Shown: piece by piece, positions 57,244 through 64,000 of the stretch
Position numbering within the stretch: the first letter of the stretch is position 1
Layout: each line of letters opens with the position of its first letter
NCBI GenBank assembly: GCA_963796965.1
Contig: CAWCNS010000002.1
Coordinates: forward strand, 240,289-304,288
Length of the DNA: 64,000 nucleotides
Direction: 5' to 3'
From: Calditrichia bacterium
Lineage (GTDB): Bacteria > Calditrichota > Calditrichia > JAJRVZ01
Position numbers and translations under genes: made by a program
Notes under the pieces: model-generated
What the model was told of the DNA's origin: nothing
What the model saw: the letters and a program-made list of their open reading frames with translations, nothing else
Database searches by the model: none

Positions 57244-59526
57244 ATGAGTTCTCATATTCCACATGAAAGTGCTGTAAAACATGTCAGCGGAGAATCCGTT
57301 TATGTGGATGATATTCTCGTTAATGAACAATTACTATCTGGTTATGTTGTGTATAGTCCCTACGCGCATGCCCGGATTAAAAATATTGATGCCAATCCCG
57401 CCAGATCCGTCCCTGGTGTATATTCAATTCTGACCGCCAGGGATATTCCCGGAAAAAATCAGATGGGACCGGTTGTTAAAGATGAGGTTTGTCTGGCAGA
57501 GGACGAAACACATTTTATTGGCCAGGCCATATGTCTTATTGCTGCAGAAAGTGAAGAAATCTGTCGGGCAGCAGCGGAGAAAATCAAAATCACGTTCGAA
57601 CCTCTTCCAGCTGTGCTTACAATTGAAAAGGCAATTGAAAAAAAACAGCAACTTGGTGATACGTATAAAATTAAAAGAGGAAATCCCGCTGACACGCTAA
57701 AGAATGTCCCAAATCTCATCTCCGGCTATTTTCATAGCGGTGCACAGGAACACTGGTATCTGGAGACACAAGTGACCTTATGTGTCCAGGGCGAAGAGCA
57801 GGATATGATTGCCTACAGTTCCACTCAGCATCCTTCTGAAACCCAGGCATTGATAGCCGATGTGCTGGGGATAAATCGAAATCAAGTGGTTGTGGAAGTA
57901 CGCAGAATGGGGGGGGCCTTTGGTGGAAAAGAAACCCAGGCTAATCATACCGCCTGCTGGACAGCATTGTTATCTCATGCTACAGGTCGTCCCGTCAAAA
58001 TACGGCTCTGTCGCGATGATGATCAAAGAATGACCGGTAAGCGTCATCCGTACCTGAATAAATATAAAGTGGGATTTGATAACTCAGGGCGGATTCTTGC
58101 TGCTGAGTTCCAGTTAAACAGTAATGCTGGTGCTGCGATGGATTTATCCCACGCAATTATGGAGAGAGCCCTTTTTCATATTGATAATGCGTATCATATT
58201 CCTGATCTATCGGTCACGGGAAAGATGTGGCGAACAAATCTACCCCCCAATACAGCCTTACGCGGGTTTGGTGCCCCACAGGCTATGGCAACCATAGAGA
58301 ATATTATTGACCGTATTGCCCGTATTTTAAATAGTGATGCTGCAAAGATCAGAAAAAAGAATTTTTATGGTGTTAGAAGTAAGAACATCACGCACTATGG
58401 TCAGCAAGTGGAACATAATCACCTCCATAAAATATACAGACAAATTATAGATCGTTCGGATTATTTTAAACGTCGCAAGAATGCAGTCGAATTTAATTTA
58501 AAAAATGAATTTTTAAAAAGGGGATTGGCACTCTCACCAGTAAAATTTGGTATCTCATTTACAACCTCATTTTTAAACCAGGCAGGCGCTTTGGTCCATA
58601 TTTACCAGGACGGTACCGTATTGGTAAATCATGGTGGTACAGAAATGGGACAGGGATTAAACACAAAGATTCAGCAAATCGCAGCAGCAGAATTGGGAAT
58701 AGATCCCAAATTTATAAAGACCAATGCCACCGACACATCCAAAGTACCCAACACATCAGCAACTGCAGCCTCTTCCGGAACCGATCTGAATGGCATGGCG
58801 GTAAAAAATGCAATTGGGAAGTTAAAATATCGCCTTGCTCTCGTTGCCGTAAAAATCCTGGGGTATAAATCATCCGACTCTCATTATATCGTTTTATCAG
58901 AGAACTTTGTTTATCATAAAAAATTTCCCAGAAAAAGGATCTCTTTTCGGGAGGTTATCCAATCTGCTTATTTAACCCGGGTTAGTCTCAGTGCCACTGG
59001 GTTTTATCGCACACCAAATATTACCTGGGATAAAAAAATCGGACAGGGCAAACCATTTAACTATTATGCATTTGGGATGGCCGTCTCCGAAATTGAACTT
59101 GATGTTTTAACCGGCCACCATAAAATTCTTCTCACCGATATTATACACGATGTTGGTGATTCCATTAACCACGACATCGATCTTGGGCAGATACAAGGTG
59201 GATTTATACAGGGTCTGGGATGGTGTACAACCGAAGAATGTAAATGGGATGATCAGGGCAATTTGCTCAACCATTCCCCGGACACCTATAAAATACCGAC
59301 CATTTCCGACATTCCTGAGGATTTTCGTGTTGCCTTTTTGGAAAACGCACCAAATCCCAGAGCAATACGTAAAAGTAAAGCGGTCGGAGAACCGCCATTG
59401 ATGCTGGCTCTTTCTGTCTGGCTGGCTATAAAAGATGCTATTTCTGCCGTAAAGAATCATACCATTGAACCGGACCTGCCTATTCCTGCTACTAATGAAG
59501 CGATATTATTTGTATCGATCAAATAA
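57244..59526 (+). CDS. xdhB: Xanthine dehydrogenase molybdopterin-binding subunit
   Basis: HESAVKHVSG, QEHWYLE, RMGGAFGGKETQ, ALRGFG, VKFGISF, GGTEMGQGL, KAVGEPP. Confidence 0.95.
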   Translation: MSSHIPHESAVKHVSGESVYVDDILVNEQLLSGYVVYSPYAHARIKNIDANPARSVPGVYSILTARDIPGKNQMGPVVKDEVCLAEDETHFIGQAICLIAAESEEICRAAAEKIKITFEPLPAVLTIEKAIEKKQQLGDTYKIKRGNPADTLKNVPNLISGYFHSGAQEHWYLETQVTLCVQGEEQDMIAYSSTQHPSETQALIADVLGINRNQVVVEVRRMGGAFGGKETQANHTACWTALLSHATGRPVKIRLCRDDDQRMTGKRHPYLNKYKVGFDNSGRILAAEFQLNSNAGAAMDLSHAIMERALFHIDNAYHIPDLSVTGKMWRTNLPPNTALRGFGAPQAMATIENIIDRIARILNSDAAKIRKKNFYGVRSKNITHYGQQVEHNHLHKIYRQIIDRSDYFKRRKNAVEFNLKNEFLKRGLALSPVKFGISFTTSFLNQAGALVHIYQDGTVLVNHGGTEMGQGLNTKIQQIAAAELGIDPKFIKTNATDTSKVPNTSATAASSGTDLNGMAVKNAIGKLKYRLALVAVKILGYKSSDSHYIVLSENFVYHKKFPRKRISFREVIQSAYLTRVSLSATGFYRTPNITWDKKIGQGKPFNYYAFGMAVSEIELDVLTGHHKILLTDIIHDVGDSINHDIDLGQIQGGFIQGLGWCTTEECKWDDQGNLLNHSPDTYKIPTISDIPEDFRVAFLENAPNPRAIRKSKAVGEPPLMLALSVWLAIKDAISAVKNHTIEPDLPIPATNEAILFVSIK

Positions 59527-59659
59527 AAGCAAAGTAAGTATTTCCTATTGTTTCTCGCGCAGCGACGCAGAGCCGCAGCGTACTATAATAATAGAAAAAA
59601 TCCAAATCTGCCTGTTGAGAGATTTAAACATTCAGATTATTAATCTGGAGGCTGATCGG

Positions 59660-62600
59660 ATGTGTAAAACACACATCATTTTAGTGTTAGTTTTATTTGT
59701 GCTAGTTGCATCTCAATCACCAGCCCAGTATGACAATGTTGTCTTTAAGGATCTGGATTCCTATCGGGGGCTTTCAAATACGGTTGTCCGTGCCATAATT
59801 CAGGACAAAGATGGATTTTTGTGGTTTGGAACTAACTATGGTCTTTACAAATATGATGGGTATAAATTTGCACCCTATTTTCATGATCCTGAAGATCCTA
59901 ACAGTATGAGTAGTAACTGGGTTATGTGTCTTCAGATAGATTCCTCTGGATGCATATGGATTGGCACGAGGGATGGCGGTGTCAATCGATTTGATCCATC
60001 AACAGAAAAGTTTACACGTTTTATGCATGATAAAAAAAATAGCAATAGTCTCTGTGATAATACTATCATATGCCTGAAAAAAGAGGATGTACCAGGGGGC
60101 GATATGTGGATCGGTACCCAAAATGGATTATCCAGATTGCATATAACAACTGTAAACGCTGATTCTGAGCAATTTAACTTCACCAATTTTAAACATGATC
60201 CAAAAGACGAAACCAGTTTAAGCGCCAATTATATCTGGAGTATATATAAAGACATTAGTTTTAGAGTCTGGGTAGGGACAATAGATGGTTGTCTCCATCA
60301 GTTTAATGAGACTACGAATAGTTTCAATCGAATTTATCTTCAGAATTCGACGGAACGCAGACTCAATAAAAATTATAAAAATGTCCAATCTATTGCTATA
60401 AATTTTATCCGTCAAAATCCGGAAGATCCTTTGAAAAGCCTTATTATTGGAGATTCAAAAGGAATTTATCGATATGACATATCTAAAAATTCTTTTAGTT
60501 CCTATAGCACACAAATTGATAGTCTGAAAGTAAACTATGAAAATTTATCAAATGAGAGAATTCTCCTAGATAGGTCAGGAACCTGGTGGTTAGTACCGCC
60601 AAATCATCTCTATATTGTAGATCAGAAGAGAAGCGCAACTTATCATTATCGATGGAACACCGATCCACCCCATGGATTGAAATGGGGATTAATAGGCCAA
60701 TTATTCGAAGATAAACAGGGAATCATCTGGGCCACATTACCGGGTAATCCAGGAATTCAAAAATTTGATAAAATCACCCAACCATTTAAAAAGTATGAAT
60801 TAAATGGCGACATTGATTATTATATTATCAGTGCCTTATCTGCCGATCTTATTGATGAGAAACGAATAATTTGGATTGGTTCTCCGAGGCAGGGCCTACT
60901 TAAATATGATCGCCTGCTTCATGATTTTAAACAATATAAAAAGAGACCGAGGAAGCAAATTGTCACCATATGCCAAATTCCAAATAATCCAGATATTTTA
61001 TGGTTGGGCACTTTAGGGGCAGGACTATACAAATTTCATAAGCAAAGTGGTAGACTTGAACAATTTTTTCATTATATAGACTGAACCCTCTGATACACCA
61101 GGCGGAACCGTAAAATTTTTAGAAAGTAATGCCTATATTTTGTCAATTCTAAATGATGAGAATAACACACTATGGTTGGGAAGTCTCAAAGGTCTGTACC
61201 ACTTCGATCCACAGGCAAATCTATACAAAAGTTATCTGCATAATCCTCAAGATTCCACAACTCTCAGTAATGATCGGATTTCCTGTCTTTTTCGTTCACG
61301 GAATAAAAAAGAACCTGTTATTTGGGTAGGTACCCGCAATGGCGGCTTGAATAAATTTTTTCCTGAGACAGGTACGTTTATTCGATATCGCGCTAATCCT
61401 AAAGATACAACATGCTTAAGTAGCGATTATATCGGCTCGGTTTTTGAAGATAAATCGGGTATACTATGGGTAGGCACCACATTAGGATTGCATCGTTTTA
61501 ACAAAAATAATAATAGTTTTACGCGAATTATCGATAGTGAGAAAAAATTAAATGCAGAGATTCAGGGTATTCAGGAAGATGAGAAAGGATATCTTTGGTT
61601 AAATACTACAAGTGGCTTACATAAGCTAAATCCAAAAACTAATAGAATAAAAACTTTCGCTGGACGATTTTCCCGCTGGGCTTATAACCAAAGTCCAGGT
61701 GGCGAAATGCTTTATGCACGCGACAATAAATTTTCGACTTTTTATCCAAGTGAACTTAAAACATCTGAATATATCCCCCCAGTCCGCATAACTGATTTTC
61801 GACTATTTAATAAATCTGTTCCAATTGGACCAAAAGATATTTCGCCCTTGCAGACTTCAATCAGCGAGAGACAAGCAAATTGTTTTATCGCATGACCAAT
61901 CAATTTTTTCATTTGAATTTGCTGCTCTTGACTATAGTGCACCGTTAAAAAATATGTATGCCCATAAAATGGAGGGTGTTGATCCTGACTGGGTATATAC
62001 CGATGCATCACGTAGATTCGCTACCTATACCAATCTGGATCCGGGGGAATATACATTCCAGGTAAAGGGCAGTAACAGCCATGGTGTCTGGAATGAGATA
62101 CCCACATCCATCAAAGTAATTATTACCCCGCCCTGGTGGCAAACCTCCTGGGCTTATTTCATCTATGTTATACTAATTGGTTTAGCCATTTATTCGATTC
62201 GAACGTATGATCTTAGACGTCAGCGTCTCAAGCATGCTTTGGAATTGGAACATGAACATGCTGAAAATCTGGAACAGATAGACCAGATGAAGTCCAAGTT
62301 TTTTGCCAATATTTCTCATGAATTCCGGACACCTCTGACCTTGATAGAGGGCCCCATAAAACAGTTGGTCGATGGATCATTTACAGGAAATATCAAGGCA
62401 CAATATCGTCTTATTCTGCGCAATACCCGGCGTTTGCTAAAAATGATCAATCAGATACTTGATTTATCAAAAATAGATGCCGGGCATATGGATCTGAAAA
62501 CATCACTTATAAACGTAATCCCTTTGCTTAAAGGTTTGGTTATGACATTTTCCTCGAAAGCCGATCAAAAAAACATTACCATTGATATAAAAGATGAAAA

Positions 62601-63891
62601 AGAGAAGATATTTCTATTTCTTGACAAGGAAAAATTTGAGACAATCATTACAAATCTGATGTCCAATGCCTTAAAGTTTACTCCGGAAAATGGGAAGATT
62701 GAGATTGGCGTTGCAGACCCCCCCCTTAGTCGGGGGGATAAAGAGGATTGTAGAGGTCCTAATCCCCAATTCCAAATACCCAATACCGATTTTACTAAAA
62801 TCACCATCTCCAATACAGGTCCCTGCATTCCGCCGGAACGTTTGGATAAAATATTTGACCGTTTTTCTCACTTTGACGAAACCAAACATTCAGATCATGA
62901 GAGCACGGGAATCGGCCTTGCCCTGACCAAAGAACTAGTTGAGTTGCACAAAGGTATGATTCAAGTTGAAAGTGCACCTGAAAAAGGGACTATTTTCACC
63001 CTGACTTTTCGCCTTGGTCATGATCATTTAACAACCAATCAAATTGTAGAAGAATGTAGTGTCGATCACCAGGGTGAGATGTCTGAGGTGGAAATTGCCG
63101 CTGATAAAGAAAAAATTGATGTCAAACCACTACGCGGTGAGTATCCCGTTATACTTATTGTGGATGATAATGCTGATGTTCGTCAATTTATCCGTTCCGG
63201 TATGGATTCCCGTTACACATTTTTTGAAGCAGAAAACGGTCTAAAGGGATTTGAATGTGCTTCTAAGGAGATCCCTGATTTAATTATCAGTGATGTCATG
63301 ATGCCGGAAATGGATGGATTTGAATTATGCAGCAAAATAAAACAGGATGAGCGGACCTCCCATATTCCCTTAATATTGCTTACTGCCCGTGCAGCCATTC
63401 CGGACAAAATTCGTGGTCTGGAAACCGGTGCTGATGATTATATTGCCAAACCATTCAATACGGAAGAATTATCCGTGAGGGTTAGCAATCTTATTGAACA
63501 ACGAAAGCGCCTGCATTCCCATTTTCATGATGCGCATCAGGTAATGCCTGATGACTTGCCTCTCAACTCGCTTGACCAGAAATTTATGAGCCAGGCCATG
63601 GAAATAATAGAAAGCAAGATCAGCAATTCGGAATTTGATGTTGAAGAATTTGTAGATACTCTTCATCTTAGCCGTTCTGTTCTTTACCGCAAGATAAAAG
63701 CACTCACGGGACAATCCGTAAAGCATTTTATTCGAACCATCAGATTAAAACGCGCAGCATTACTCTTAAAAAATAAAACTGCATCAGTGACCGAAACCGC
63801 CTATCAGGTCGGATTTAATAATCCGGCCTACTTTTCCGAATGTTTTCAGAAGGAATTTGGTGTGTTACCATCACATTATCACCGCCATTAA
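59660..63891 (+). CDS. Hybrid two-component system: beta-propeller sensor, Y_Y_Y, TM, HisKA, HATPase, REC, AraC (frameshifts at about 61085 and 61870)
   Basis: QDKDGFLWFGT repeats, YTNLDPGEY, PPWW, FANISHEFRTPL, GIGLAL, SDVMMPEMDG, VGFNNPAYFS. Confidence 0.93.
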
Positions 63892-64000
63892 TGCATTTCA
63901 AATAAAAATTTCACTATTGGGACTTTTCTGGTAATAATCGAGACGTTTCTGGTAGCCGTTATCTCAATTACCTACCTATCTTTAAATCACCACTATTTAT

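Overview
AT-rich bacterial chromosomal segment from a diderm, probably anaerobic or facultative organism. Gene content suggests Calditrichota or a related FCB-group lineage; this is inference only. About 47 protein genes are present; no rRNA, tRNA, CRISPR array, transposase or phage gene was recognised. Many genes are split by single-base indels, densest at about 17.8-26.9 kb, which most likely reflects long-read consensus error. Main content: an ECF sigma/anti-sigma/DUF4097 module with a PDZ-only protein; a prokaryotic pentameric ligand-gated ion channel; a PAS kinase/NarL pair followed by gdhA and a receiver-receiver-dikinase-phosphoHis protein; a variant reductive purine/urate cluster (ThrC-like PLP enzyme, ygeY, ygeW, ssnA, an unannotated Cys-rich small ORF, Se-type xdh, fused PreT-PreA); a P-loop/MscS pair; a coiled-coil lipoprotein with an active and an apparently dead L,D-transpeptidase; a DUF362/polyferredoxin pair; canonical xdhAB; and a hybrid two-component system. 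Intergenic DNA carries several families of REP-like inverted repeats and heptamer arrays, some of which have entered coding sequence in frame.
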